Below are positions 21,120 to 31,037 of a stretch of 64,000 nucleotides of DNA, in pieces. The position numbers and the translations under genes are program-made. The stretch lies in contig CAYYPK010000031.1 of assembly GCA_964473525.1 (NCBI GenBank), positions 7,820-71,819 on the forward strand, given 5' to 3'. Position 1 is the stretch's first letter; every line of letters begins with the position of its first letter. The notes below the pieces were generated by a model that was not told the DNA's origin, did not search any database, and worked only from the letters and a program-made list of their open reading frames with translations. The DNA is from an uncultured bacterium (GTDB taxonomy: Bacteria > Poribacteria > WGA-4E > GCA-2687025).

Positions 21120-24100
21120 ATGCCGCGCGTACCGTACATGGCTGTCGCGTTGCTGGTTTGCGCCCACTCCGCTCCGGCGTCCGAGGCCTCGTTCGAGGGC
21201 GTCGACCCGTTGGCATGGGTGGAGGAACCCCACGCCCGCACGAGCCATGCCGTCTCCATGTCGGTTGAGGCCGTGCCCGGAGACGCGACCTACCGCTTCA
21301 TGTGCCGCGAGGACGACACGAAGAGCCGCGGCTGGGCGCCAGATCCGATGTATGAGGCGACAGGCCTGGCCCCAGAAACCCGCTACACGTTCACCGCCGA
21401 AGCCCGCGTCAACGGCGACATGCCTCGCGATGCGTCACCGCCCTTCAGCGTCACAACGCGCGCGGCAGACGGCTTTGACGACATCGTTACGGACGGCGCC
21501 GAACTCATCCCTATCATGGTCCACGGCGACAAGGACAACCGGATCAACATCGTCGTCGTCAACAGGTGGCGGAAGGGCGAGGAAGACCCGTACAACAGGC
21601 CGGAGATGCGCTCTCAGTTTGTGCAGGACGTGCGCGACGTCATCAAGCCTGCGTTCGATCCTGACGGGCCGCAGGCCGTGGCGCCCTTCGCCAACCAGCG
21701 CGAGTTCTACAACGTCTACGCGCTCTGGTGGCCGGGCATCCCGCCATGGGATCCCGAAGCGCGCAACCGGGGTGAGCACGCCGCGCACTGGGAGACCTAC
21801 AACGAGATGCGGGCCCGGCTGTTCCTGCCATGGAGCCAGGAAGGACGCGGCTGGGTGACGCACCTGGCGATGGTCAACTCGCGCGGCGGAGGCGGTGGCG
21901 CGGGCCTACGACTGGAGCAACGCGTCGGCGACGCCATGATCGAGGGCAACGAGATCGACGGCTTCTATCACGAGTTCGCCCACACGGCGCTTCGGCTAGG
22001 CGACAAGTACATCGGATGGGGCATGTGGGGCCGCGCGGACGAATCGAGCAACACGACCCTCGTGTTCCAACGCGACAAGGTGAAGTGGCGGAAGTGGATC
22101 GACCCCACCACTCCCGTGCCTACGCCGTATCGACGGGCTCACATCGCCAAGACCGGGCTGTTTGAGGGAGGTACGCACCGGGCGGCGCACATCTTCCGCG
22201 CAACGCCGGTCTGCACGATGGGTGTGAATCAGTTCTCCGATGGCATGTGCGTGCTGTGCGTGCAGGAAGCTGCGCAGCGCGTCTATGAGTATGTGGACCC
22301 TCTCGAGGACGCCTCTCCGGCACGGTCAGAACTGGTCCTCGCCAAGCACGGACTGGCGCGCTTCTCGATCCGCCGCGTTCGATCAACGCCGGACACGCAA
22401 CACGTCGTCTGGACAGTCAACGGCCGAGCCGTCGCGGAGAATGTCGACGCGATAGAGATCGGGCTGGGGAGCATCGGCAGCTACGAGGTGGCCTGCTCGC
22501 TCGAGGATCGCTCGGAGCATATCCGCGAGGATCCGCCGTTCGCCCGGTACCCTCGGGCGGACAAACGGTGGTCTGTCACAAACCCGAACCCCACGAGCGC
22601 CGCGGACGCGCTACAGGTCCGTCTGGCGCCCGCGCACCCGTCTGTCCTGGGCGCGGACGATGGCTCCATTGCCGCGACGGTCACCGGTGGCGCGCCGCCC
22701 TACTCGTGGTCTTGGTCAAACGGCTCCAAGGACGCCACGGCGCGCGGGCTAGGAGAGGGCGACCACTCCGTCCTCGTTGTCGACAGCGAGTTTCGCGCGG
22801 GCGCCGCCGAGACCACGCTCGCGCGCCCGGCCGCTCTGGTCGTGACGCCGCGCAGTGAGTTCTCAGGCGGAGTATGGAACGTCGCTCTCGGCATCGCTGG
22901 GGCGGACCCCGCTGACGTGGCGTGTGAGTGGTCGACGGGGGTGGCTGGTCTGGCGCTGCGGGCCGTCGCGGATGGCGCCTACGCCTACTCCGTCACGCAC
23001 GCCACGGGTGTAGCCATTGAGGGGGAGGTGCAACTCACTGCGCCCGAGCGCACGCTGACCGCCGATTGCGAAGTGTCTCCCGCCACGGGAGCGAACGACG
23101 GGCAGGCGCGCGTGTCGATAGACGGAGGCCGGGCGCCGTACGCCGTCCGGTGGGAAGATCGCGCCGACGAGTACCTGACGGCGCGTCGGTTCTTGCCTCG
23201 CGGCGACTACACTGTCACCGTTCGTGACGCGAACAGCACGGAACTCGCACGGACCGTCACGGTCGAATCCGTGGAGCCGTTCGAACTAGCGCGACCTGCC
23301 TTCACGCGTGCCACGGATGGGTCGCTGGCGATCGTCGACGGCGACTACGAGTACCTCTGGTATTCCGACGACAACCCGTCCTACGTACTGCCGCCGCCGC
23401 GAGGCGTCTACGAGGGCACGTTCACCATGTCCGACGGGCGGGTAGTGGAAGCCGACGGCGCCGTGATCCCCAACACGAACGGCAAATGGGCCAACCCCCC
23501 TGGTACGCCGGGAGACGGGAACGGCGAGCACAACAGAGATCACAACGACTACGGGTCGTGGGTGCGCCTCGACGCCTACGTAGACGGCCGCGCCGCGCTG
23601 CCAATGACCGTGAAGCTACAGTGCGACGACGACGGCTCGCCCGGACGCTCCATCGACATTAGCGGTGAGACATCGCGTGAGGCGACTACCGCAGAGGTGA
23701 CCGGCCAAGGATCGTGGCACGGCACGGCGTCCGACGGTCACCTGGTCGTCGAGGGCACAGGCGTCGACGCCGGAACCTTCGACCTGCTGTACACGGCGCG
23801 CCACGAGAATCCATCGGATCCGCTGCACGTCGGGCGAGAATTCCTCCCACCCACGTCGGGTGGTTACTACGTTGCAGCGCGCCGTCTCACTGATGGCGCG
23901 GTCAGCCGCAACAGGGTCGGCGTGCATGTCCAGCTAGACGAGGATCCGGCAAGCTCGGACGCGGACCCCATCGCCCCCGACGCGGTTACGGGCGCACGCC
24001 TGCTGCTGTGGTTGGACGCATCGGACATGGACGGCGACGGCGTCGAGGACGCGCCTGTGTGGTCCCGTGGTTCGTTGCTTGGTTGGCGGGGAAGGCCGGG

Positions 24101-24614
24101 GGCGATGGAGCCGACGAGCTTCGTCATCTGCGAGCCGAACTCCCTCAACGGGAAGTCCGTCGCCGACTGGCAGTACATATGGCTGCAGTCTCTGGAGGAA
24201 GCGGTCGACGGCTACCAGACGCTGATGATGGTGTATCGCGACCACGATCTGTCCAAGCCCGGTTCGGGGCCGTGGCAGGGAGTTGACGCGTACATGTGCG
24301 ATCTGACCGGGGAAGGCGTCGCCGCGGATGTCGCGCCGGAGTTCGCCCAGGGGCGCGCGTGGCTGAACGGCCGCCGCGTGGACCCGTACGCCACCCCAGC
24401 GCCTTCAGACTACTGCGTAGCCACGTTCGAGCTTGCCGCGCCTGGCGCCCGCGCAATCTCCCGAACCCACACGGAGTGGGAGGGAGCCGTCGCGGAGTTC
24501 ATCGCCTTCGACGCCGTGTTGAGCGACGTTGAGCGTACGGGCGTAGAGGAGTACCTGAGGCGCAAGTGGCTCGACGCGGCCGCCTCAGGCGACGAACCCG
24601 ACCGCACACCCTAG
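21120..24614 (+). CDS. large secreted protein with an N-terminal peptidase M64 (IgA-peptidase-like) HExxH domain and C-terminal Ig-like/jelly-roll repeats
   Basis: Signal peptide present. The segment …NIVVVNRW…FANQREFYNVYALWW…MVNSRGGGGGAGL…GFYHEFAHTALRLGDKY matches the M64 pattern (…YGGGGG…HEFGHSFxxLxDEY). Downstream are repeated ~90-aa modules (…GGAPPYSWSWSNGS…). Confidence 0.6.
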   Translation: MPRVPYMAVALLVCAHSAPASEASFEGVDPLAWVEEPHARTSHAVSMSVEAVPGDATYRFMCREDDTKSRGWAPDPMYEATGLAPETRYTFTAEARVNGDMPRDASPPFSVTTRAADGFDDIVTDGAELIPIMVHGDKDNRINIVVVNRWRKGEEDPYNRPEMRSQFVQDVRDVIKPAFDPDGPQAVAPFANQREFYNVYALWWPGIPPWDPEARNRGEHAAHWETYNEMRARLFLPWSQEGRGWVTHLAMVNSRGGGGGAGLRLEQRVGDAMIEGNEIDGFYHEFAHTALRLGDKYIGWGMWGRADESSNTTLVFQRDKVKWRKWIDPTTPVPTPYRRAHIAKTGLFEGGTHRAAHIFRATPVCTMGVNQFSDGMCVLCVQEAAQRVYEYVDPLEDASPARSELVLAKHGLARFSIRRVRSTPDTQHVVWTVNGRAVAENVDAIEIGLGSIGSYEVACSLEDRSEHIREDPPFARYPRADKRWSVTNPNPTSAADALQVRLAPAHPSVLGADDGSIAATVTGGAPPYSWSWSNGSKDATARGLGEGDHSVLVVDSEFRAGAAETTLARPAALVVTPRSEFSGGVWNVALGIAGADPADVACEWSTGVAGLALRAVADGAYAYSVTHATGVAIEGEVQLTAPERTLTADCEVSPATGANDGQARVSIDGGRAPYAVRWEDRADEYLTARRFLPRGDYTVTVRDANSTELARTVTVESVEPFELARPAFTRATDGSLAIVDGDYEYLWYSDDNPSYVLPPPRGVYEGTFTMSDGRVVEADGAVIPNTNGKWANPPGTPGDGNGEHNRDHNDYGSWVRLDAYVDGRAALPMTVKLQCDDDGSPGRSIDISGETSREATTAEVTGQGSWHGTASDGHLVVEGTGVDAGTFDLLYTARHENPSDPLHVGREFLPPTSGGYYVAARRLTDGAVSRNRVGVHVQLDEDPASSDADPIAPDAVTGARLLLWLDASDMDGDGVEDAPVWSRGSLLGWRGRPGAMEPTSFVICEPNSLNGKSVADWQYIWLQSLEEAVDGYQTLMMVYRDHDLSKPGSGPWQGVDAYMCDLTGEGVAADVAPEFAQGRAWLNGRRVDPYATPAPSDYCVATFELAAPGARAISRTHTEWEGAVAEFIAFDAVLSDVERTGVEEYLRRKWLDAAASGDEPDRTP

Positions 24615-24625
24615 CGTGGAGCGCG

Positions 24626-26602
24626 CTACCAGAACCACACGACGTACAGCGGCCGTCGCACGATGACGCTCAGTATCGACCAGTAGCTCCCTGCGGCCAC
24701 GTCTCCCAGCACCAGACCCAGGAAGAACGGCAACGTCCGCCGGTAGAGACCCACGCCGCCGGACTTCAGCACTGCGAACTTCACGCCGGCCGCCACGAGC
24801 ATGACGAGCCAGAAGTGGTCCAATGAGCCGCCGTTGATGCCGATCGCGTATCCGACGGGGTGCAGCGGCCACCAGAGGAACTTCGTGCGCAGGATGCCCA
24901 GCGTAAGCGTGAACGCCAGCCCGGCCAGGATGGCAATGCAGCCGTTCGTGTCTGGATCACGTGGGAACTGGAGGGATGCAGCGAGACGGTTGTACACCGC
25001 GGCGGCCGGGCCCAACACCTGTCCTGGCGCGTCGACGGCCACTTCCGCGCCGTAGTGGTAGAGCGCGGACAGGTACACCACGAACGCGACGAGAACGGCA
25101 GGTACGATGACGGCAGCCATGAGCGCGGTCGTTCGCGCCGGCGCCAGACCCGCGCGCTGCGACAGCTTCATCCCCTCCAACTGGTGTGGCATCGGGTGGC
25201 TGCGGTTGGAGCCGTTGAACCACGAAAACAGTGCGAACGCCGCCAAGTTGCGGGGGCCGAGGGGTCGTTCCCCTACGACGGACGTGATGGCCGTCTGTGG
25301 GTTCACGCCGCTCATGTCGTGGACCGGCGGCCCAAGCTCGGCGCGGATGCGCGTGACCCCTATCGCGATAACGAGATAGAGGGAGAAGAACGAGACGAAC
25401 ACGCCGGTGGACATGCCTGCCTTCACGCAGAGAAGGTACAGCGCCGCCAGACACACGATGATCCCGACCGCCGCCGCGCGGTACCGGATCGGCTCGCCGT
25501 CGTCTATGTTGCGCCCGCCGCGTCCGAAAACCCGCGTTCGCACGGCTCGCCAATGTCCCCGCCCACCCCACATCGCGATCCCGCAGATCGCGGTCACTCC
25601 CCCTAAGGCTTGATGCGCCTGGAACGGGTAGTAGGGGATCGTTGACAGGCCGGTCGCCGCGCCCGCGACCAGTTGCGCCTTGCGCACCCAGTAGAACGCC
25701 GCGGTGCTGAAGCTCATGTCGACCGGGAGCAGGTAGCACAGCCCGAGCAGGAATAGCCGGACATGGACGTACGTGACGCCAATGGCGTTCCAGGGCGAGT
25801 CCGTGACCCACAGACCCATATCCGAGGTAGGCTCGCGTATGGGGATGCGGGGGAACGTCGGGTATAGGTGGTTGATCCCGTTGACGATGTCGACCGCCGC
25901 CGCGAGCGAAAACCCGATCCACATGGGCTTGCTCCGGAGCAGGCCCGCTCCCGGGTTGGTGAGGTCGAGTGGGAGTTGCACGATAGGATAGGGAAGCTTC
26001 TCCTGGTCGATCCACCGTTTGCGCACGAGGCTGTTCACGAGCAGGACGAGCGTGAACGTCAACGTGGCAACCGCCGTCCAGGCGAGGATCGGTGTGACCC
26101 AGTGGCGGAGTACCTCGACGCGCAGGAAGCGACCGCCGCCCTCGTAGAACGGGCGCGTGGCCTCCATGCGATCCATCACCAACCACCTGGGCAGTAGCGG
26201 GTGTAGCAACTCGCGCCATTCGTTCTCCGGCGTCGCATACCAGAAGGCGTGCGTGAAGAGCCCCATCAGGCTGACCATGCTGTCGTGCGCGATCACCGCG
26301 GTAGTGGTCGCCAGCACGACGTAAATGAGCATCAGCTCATGCTGGGACAGAGCAGCCGCTGGCAGGATCCGACGTAGCGCCTGGTTCACGAGCGCCAGGA
26401 CGAAGACGATGAAGATCACGTTGAGCGGGATGGATGTCGCCGAGAAGTGGAACCCGTGCCACACCATCTCTACGAGCGCGATCCAGTGCGCGTTGGCCGG
26501 CAGAAGCAGCATCGCGATGGCCACGGCGCGCCACCGGACGGGGCGCCCAGACGACGTAGGCGGGACATGCCGCGTCGCTTGGCGTTCCGTCTTGGCGTCC
26601 AT
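24626..26602 (-). CDS. polytopic membrane protein, paralog P1 of an unrecognised ~650-aa family
   Basis: 658-aa product with many hydrophobic segments. It is paralogous to ORFs 27031..28929 and 55120..57162, sharing a …[EK]KL[PS]YP[IL][IV]QLPL[DE]LT… block and the …SHPMPHQLEG…/…TMPHQLEA… block. Confidence 0.6.
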   Translation of the reverse strand: MDAKTERQATRHVPPTSSGRPVRWRAVAIAMLLLPANAHWIALVEMVWHGFHFSATSIPLNVIFIVFVLALVNQALRRILPAAALSQHELMLIYVVLATTTAVIAHDSMVSLMGLFTHAFWYATPENEWRELLHPLLPRWLVMDRMEATRPFYEGGGRFLRVEVLRHWVTPILAWTAVATLTFTLVLLVNSLVRKRWIDQEKLPYPIVQLPLDLTNPGAGLLRSKPMWIGFSLAAAVDIVNGINHLYPTFPRIPIREPTSDMGLWVTDSPWNAIGVTYVHVRLFLLGLCYLLPVDMSFSTAAFYWVRKAQLVAGAATGLSTIPYYPFQAHQALGGVTAICGIAMWGGRGHWRAVRTRVFGRGGRNIDDGEPIRYRAAAVGIIVCLAALYLLCVKAGMSTGVFVSFFSLYLVIAIGVTRIRAELGPPVHDMSGVNPQTAITSVVGERPLGPRNLAAFALFSWFNGSNRSHPMPHQLEGMKLSQRAGLAPARTTALMAAVIVPAVLVAFVVYLSALYHYGAEVAVDAPGQVLGPAAAVYNRLAASLQFPRDPDTNGCIAILAGLAFTLTLGILRTKFLWWPLHPVGYAIGINGGSLDHFWLVMLVAAGVKFAVLKSGGVGLYRRTLPFFLGLVLGDVAAGSYWSILSVIVRRPLYVVWFW

Positions 26603-26647
26603 GCTGCCTCCACGTCGCGCCGCGCGCGTGTGCCGGATGCGGCTCGC

Positions 26648-27010
26648 CTACGACACGGAGATCACCAGGATTCGCATGTCAGCGTCCGACGTGTTCTCCA
26701 GCCCATGCTCGCCGCCGGGGTACACGGCGGTGATGTCTCCCGGCCCCACCTCGTGGCGCTGACCGTCGAGTGTCATGGCGCCCGTCCCGCTGACGACATA
26801 GTAGTACTCCTCGTCGTCCTCGTGCCGATGGACGCCGATGGAGACGCCTGGTGGAAGGATGTCGTCGTGGATGAAGTTCACGTGGCGGCCTTGCGTCTCG
26901 CGGCCGTCGAGGACGCGCGTCCAGTCGAGGGCGCCTTCGCCGCCGTGGCATTCCGGGAGCGGCGCGCGTGCCATTTCGTCGCGCTTCTTGATGAGGGTCG
27001 TACCCGCCAT
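26648..27010 (-). CDS. cupin domain protein
   Basis: 120-aa product MAGTTLIKK… with both cupin motifs (GVHRHEDDEEYYYVVSG and PGGEHGLEN). The track ORF (401 aa) is an N-terminal over-extension. Met 27008-27010 lies 20 bp downstream of the stop of the upstream gene and is preceded by a GAGAGGA Shine-Dalgarno. Confidence 0.75.
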   Translation of the reverse strand: MAGTTLIKKRDEMARAPLPECHGGEGALDWTRVLDGRETQGRHVNFIHDDILPPGVSIGVHRHEDDEEYYYVVSGTGAMTLDGQRHEVGPGDITAVYPGGEHGLENTSDADMRILVISVS

Positions 27011-27030
27011 AGGGATCCTCTCAGCGTCCG

Positions 27031-28929
27031 CTAGAGGTCGAGGGTGATGTACATGGACCGGTCCAGGACCATCGTCATCGTGCCCCAAAACATAGTGACA
27101 ACGCACTCCCCCAGCGCCAGGCCGAGGAAGAACGGAAGGTACCGGCGGTACGCGCGGAAGCCACCGAAGGTGAGTGTCGCCCACTTCGCCACCGACGCCG
27201 TGAAGATCGAGAACCAGAACACGTTCATGGTGTACGTCGTCGAGACGGCGTAGCCGGCGATGTGGAGCGGGAACCAGACGAACTTGGCTCGGAGTACCGT
27301 AACCAGGAACGCCATCCCCGCGCCCACTGTCGCCGCCGACGTGGCCGCGCCATCGGGCGGCAGAGGGTTGGTCAGCCAGCGCTCGAGCCGTGTGAACGCC
27401 TCCCAGCCTACAAACCCCGTAAACATCCCGTTCTGATACGCGGTGTGGAGGTACGCCCATACGGCGATCGGTACGCCTACGCCCACCGCCATGGCCAGCG
27501 CCCGACCGAACTTGCGGTTGTCGATGCGCGTGCGCTCGGCGATCTTCAACGCCTCCAGCTGGTGCGGCATCGTCAGCCAGTCGTACGACCTGTTGAAGAA
27601 CATGAGGTACGTCATCGCCGTCAGGTTCGACTTGCCGAGGCGTTGGGAGCCGAAGGCGGCGTAAAGCATCGTGCCCGGGCCGCCGTAGTGGAGGTCGTGA
27701 ACCGGCGAGCCGAGCTCGGCGCGCATGCGGGTGATCCCTGTCACCAGGGCGTAGAAGAGCGCGAAGAACGCGGAGATCACCCAGAACGACATGCCCGCGC
27801 GGTAGCAGAAGATGCCGATGTACGCCTGGCACAGGACAATGAGGACGATGCACGCTCGATACCCAAGCGGCTCCCGGGCGTCATCCAGCGTCGATCGCGC
27901 TCCTACGACCTTCCTCGCGACCTGCCGGAAGTACCCCCTGCCCGTCCACAACGCCATGAGGGTGATGCCCATGAATGCGCCCGCCGACTGTTGGGTGGCG
28001 TAAGGGAATTCCGACGGCAGCCCAAGCGCGCGACCCAGGACGGCCTGGGCCTTCCACAGCAGGTAGAAGAACCAGCAGGAAAACGCTAGGTCCAGAGGGA
28101 TGGCGAAGGCGAGACCCAGAGCGAACGGGTAGATGCCGATGGGGAACCAATCGACCGCGTTCCAGGGGCGGGTCACGAAGTAGCGCGCGATGTTGTACTG
28201 TCGGATGCCCCATATGCGCGGGACGGCGGGGAAGTGGTAGTTCAGCCCGTTGATGACGTCTATGGACGCCGCGAGGGCGAAGCCTGCCCACATGTACCGG
28301 TTCTGTAGGAACCGCTCCGAGGAGTGTGTGAGTTCCAGGGGGAGCTGGATGAGCGGGTAGCTTAGCTTTTCATGCTCGGTCCACTGTCTACGCGCGAGGA
28401 AGACTATCAGGAGCGTGGTCAGCAGCAGGGCGATGAGAAACAGTGACCAGAGGGCGAGTGGTACCGCCCATGCCTCCAGATGCGACTGGACGTACAGCGA
28501 GGAGTCGCCCTCGTAGAGGCCCGCGACCGCCGCTTTGTCCGTCACCGCCAGCCAGTCGGGGGTGGCGTCGCCGAACAAGGCGGGCCAGTCGTTCTCCGGG
28601 CTCGCCAACCACACCACGTAAGAAAGCATCGGCGGCAGCATCTGGACGCACATGTGCCCGGCGATGGAGGCCCCCATACTCACCATCGCGTATATGGTCA
28701 GGAGCTCCGCGCGCGTCAGCGCGAATGTCGGCGCGAGCCGCTTGAGGGGCAGGTTGACGACCGTGACCGCGAAGAGCGCGAAGACGGCGTTGTACAGCAG
28801 GGAGATCATCGCAGCGTGCGCGATGTCCCACTTCAGCCCGTACATGACCCAGAATACCGTGGCGACCATCAGGACGAGGCCGGCCACGAGCGCGCGCGGC
28901 GTGAGGGCCGGGCGCGCGTTGCTCTTCAT
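27031..28929 (-). CDS. polytopic membrane protein, paralog P2 of the same ~650-aa family
   Basis: 632-aa product, paralogous to P1 along its whole length. Confidence 0.6.
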   Translation of the reverse strand: MKSNARPALTPRALVAGLVLMVATVFWVMYGLKWDIAHAAMISLLYNAVFALFAVTVVNLPLKRLAPTFALTRAELLTIYAMVSMGASIAGHMCVQMLPPMLSYVVWLASPENDWPALFGDATPDWLAVTDKAAVAGLYEGDSSLYVQSHLEAWAVPLALWSLFLIALLLTTLLIVFLARRQWTEHEKLSYPLIQLPLELTHSSERFLQNRYMWAGFALAASIDVINGLNYHFPAVPRIWGIRQYNIARYFVTRPWNAVDWFPIGIYPFALGLAFAIPLDLAFSCWFFYLLWKAQAVLGRALGLPSEFPYATQQSAGAFMGITLMALWTGRGYFRQVARKVVGARSTLDDAREPLGYRACIVLIVLCQAYIGIFCYRAGMSFWVISAFFALFYALVTGITRMRAELGSPVHDLHYGGPGTMLYAAFGSQRLGKSNLTAMTYLMFFNRSYDWLTMPHQLEALKIAERTRIDNRKFGRALAMAVGVGVPIAVWAYLHTAYQNGMFTGFVGWEAFTRLERWLTNPLPPDGAATSAATVGAGMAFLVTVLRAKFVWFPLHIAGYAVSTTYTMNVFWFSIFTASVAKWATLTFGGFRAYRRYLPFFLGLALGECVVTMFWGTMTMVLDRSMYITLDL

Positions 28930-28963
28930 GTAGGCAGTCTAACCTCGCGTCCGTCGTCCCGCG

Positions 28964-30088
28964 CTACTCCGGCCGCACGACGACCTTGTACGTCTCCGGC
29001 CCGCCGACCATGCCAATGCCGCGCTCCAGATCCTCAAGACCGATGTAGTCGGTGATGAGATCACCGAGCGGTGCGCGGGCGCGTTCCAGAAACGCCAAAG
29101 CCGTCTGAAACTGCATCGCGGGGTACGCCCACATCCCGTGGATGTCCACGTCCTTGTGGCAGATCAGGTGCGGCCGGATCGCTGTGGAGCCGGGGTCGGT
29201 GTAATGCCCGACTTCGATGACCTTGCCGCCACGTCGCACAAGCGACAGCGCCTCTCCGAACGCCGCCGGAACTCCCGCGCACTCGATGACCACATCCGGC
29301 CCGACCCCGTCCGTCATGTCCTGGATCTGCTGGAGGCGTTCCTCGGGAGTTGTCGTGCTGACATCGACCGTCGTGTCCGCGCCCATCTTCCTCGCCATCT
29401 CCAAGCGCGTTGGCATGGCGTCCGTGACGATGATGTCGCCTGTCCCCACCTCGCGCAGCGCCGCGATGACAAGCATGCCTATGGGACCGGCGCCCAGCAC
29501 TGCGACGCGCGATCCGATCCCCAAGCCAGCCCCGATATGCGGTATGCCGGGCGAGAACGCTCGCTCGACGGCGCGCGTGGCCACCGCAGCGGGTTCGACA
29601 AGCACCCGGAGCTTCTGCGGAACGCTTTCGGGAATGCGGAACACCCACGAGTTCCCGTGGATGTACGTGTGCCCCGCCATGGACCCGGTGAGGTGCGGCT
29701 CCTCCTCGCAGTTGGAGAACCCGTAGACGGTGCGGTTCGAGCAGAGAGCGGGTCGATGCGGGACATGCAGGCAATACCAGCAACGGCCGCAGCTCTTGGA
29801 GCTCGGGACGATCGTCACTTCGTCGCCTTCCTTCACGGGGCCGCCGACGACGTTCATCGCGTCGTTCGCGCGTGGACCCATGCTCTCGACGACGCCCAGC
29901 GTTTCGTGTCCGGGAATCAAGGGGAAGTTGACCGCCGAGTGTCCCTCGAACATGTGCTTGTCGCTGCCACAGATGCCGACCTCGACGTTGCGCATGATGA
30001 GCGCGTCGTCCGCCGGATCCGGAGTCGGGTACTCGCGTAGGTCAATGTCGTGGGCGGCGCGCATGACCGCCGCTTGTGTAGCGCCCAT
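28964..30088 (-). CDS. zinc-dependent alcohol/polyol dehydrogenase (MDR family)
   Basis: Catalytic and structural zinc motifs are present (…GICGSDKH…, …GHETLGVV…, CGRCWYC). Rossmann motif VLGAGPIG. Confidence 0.85.
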   Translation of the reverse strand: MGATQAAVMRAAHDIDLREYPTPDPADDALIMRNVEVGICGSDKHMFEGHSAVNFPLIPGHETLGVVESMGPRANDAMNVVGGPVKEGDEVTIVPSSKSCGRCWYCLHVPHRPALCSNRTVYGFSNCEEEPHLTGSMAGHTYIHGNSWVFRIPESVPQKLRVLVEPAAVATRAVERAFSPGIPHIGAGLGIGSRVAVLGAGPIGMLVIAALREVGTGDIIVTDAMPTRLEMARKMGADTTVDVSTTTPEERLQQIQDMTDGVGPDVVIECAGVPAAFGEALSLVRRGGKVIEVGHYTDPGSTAIRPHLICHKDVDIHGMWAYPAMQFQTALAFLERARAPLGDLITDYIGLEDLERGIGMVGGPETYKVVVRPE

Positions 30089-30152
30089 GTTGGGGCCTCT
30101 CAGGTTCGGTTGCCTGTAGCCAGTTACTGAGACGGTAGCCGCATGCCGATCG

Positions 30153-31007
30153 TCAGCCCAGTCTTGCCGCCTGCTCTCGCAGATAGGCGATGCTGATCTC
30201 CACGGCCTCGTCCTCTTCCCACTGACTGCTGAGGCAGTCTACCTCGACGGCGAACGTGCCCTCGTAACCGGCGTTGTCCAGCGCCTTCATGACGCCGGGT
30301 ACGTCAACGAGACCGTGTCCTGCTGGGACGCTCTCCCACCAGTCCCACTCGCTCGGTGAACCGCCGCGGGTCGGCATGAGATCCTTGATGTGCGTCGCGT
30401 GCGTGTGATCCGCCAGAAGGCGCGCCGCCTCGACCGGATCTTCGAACCTCCGCAGGCAGTTACCCGTGTCGAAGTTGACCCCCAGGTGGTCGGAGCCCAC
30501 CGCCTCGATGAGACCCAGGATCTCCGCTGCTGTGTAGTCGATGTGGTTCTCGACCGCCAGGATCACGCCCTTGTCCTCGGCGATGGCGGTTGCGGTCTTG
30601 AGCATAGCGGTGAGCTTCTCGAGTTGCGGGCCGTGCGGCTCGTCGCGGAACATGAGACTGCTGGCGACGATCCGCATCACGTCGGCGCCCAGGGCGACCG
30701 CGGTGTCGATATGTCGGATCATGTCGCGCAGTTCGGCGTCATTCCCTCCCGCCTCGAGGCCGTCGGGATGTCCCCATGCCGCGACGCGTTCGATCCCAGC
30801 GTTGTCCAGCATCGCCTTGAGGTTGGCCAGGTACGCGGCGTCGAACTGCGGGAAGAAGCAGAGCTCCAGCGAAACGCCATCCACGTCGAGCTCGATCGCG
30901 CGCCGTACGAAGTCGTCCGTGGTCCATCTCGTGCCGGGATCGGTCTGGCTGTCGTACACCTCGCCGAAGTAGCGATGGTAGCAGTAGCTGTCTACGCCGA
31001 TCTTCAT
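30153..31007 (-). CDS. sugar phosphate isomerase/epimerase (xylose isomerase-like TIM barrel)
   Basis: 284-aa product with the typical …LAVENH…/…HIKD… pattern of this TIM-barrel family. Confidence 0.8.
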   Translation of the reverse strand: MKIGVDSYCYHRYFGEVYDSQTDPGTRWTTDDFVRRAIELDVDGVSLELCFFPQFDAAYLANLKAMLDNAGIERVAAWGHPDGLEAGGNDAELRDMIRHIDTAVALGADVMRIVASSLMFRDEPHGPQLEKLTAMLKTATAIAEDKGVILAVENHIDYTAAEILGLIEAVGSDHLGVNFDTGNCLRRFEDPVEAARLLADHTHATHIKDLMPTRGGSPSEWDWWESVPAGHGLVDVPGVMKALDNAGYEGTFAVEVDCLSSQWEEDEAVEISIAYLREQAARLG

Positions 31008-31037
31008 GTCCCGCCTTCCGTCCGTCAGTGGGAGCCG

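Noticed and set aside
23700-23730. TGGCAC-like motif (tggcacggcacggcgt) as a possible sigma-54 promoter
   Set aside because: It lies inside the M64-like CDS, lacks the TTGC -12 element at the correct spacing, and has no downstream gene start.
24612-24630. Short palindrome (tagcgtggagcgcgcta) between the convergent stops of the M64-like gene and P1
   Set aside because: Only 5-bp arms with no T-tract. It is too weak to call a bidirectional terminator from sequence alone.
26648-27853. 401-aa ORF on the minus strand
   Set aside because: Only the last 120 codons (26648..27010) form a cupin with a proper Shine-Dalgarno and Met. The upstream 280 codons are Arg/Pro-rich nonsense in an alternative frame of membrane protein P2.
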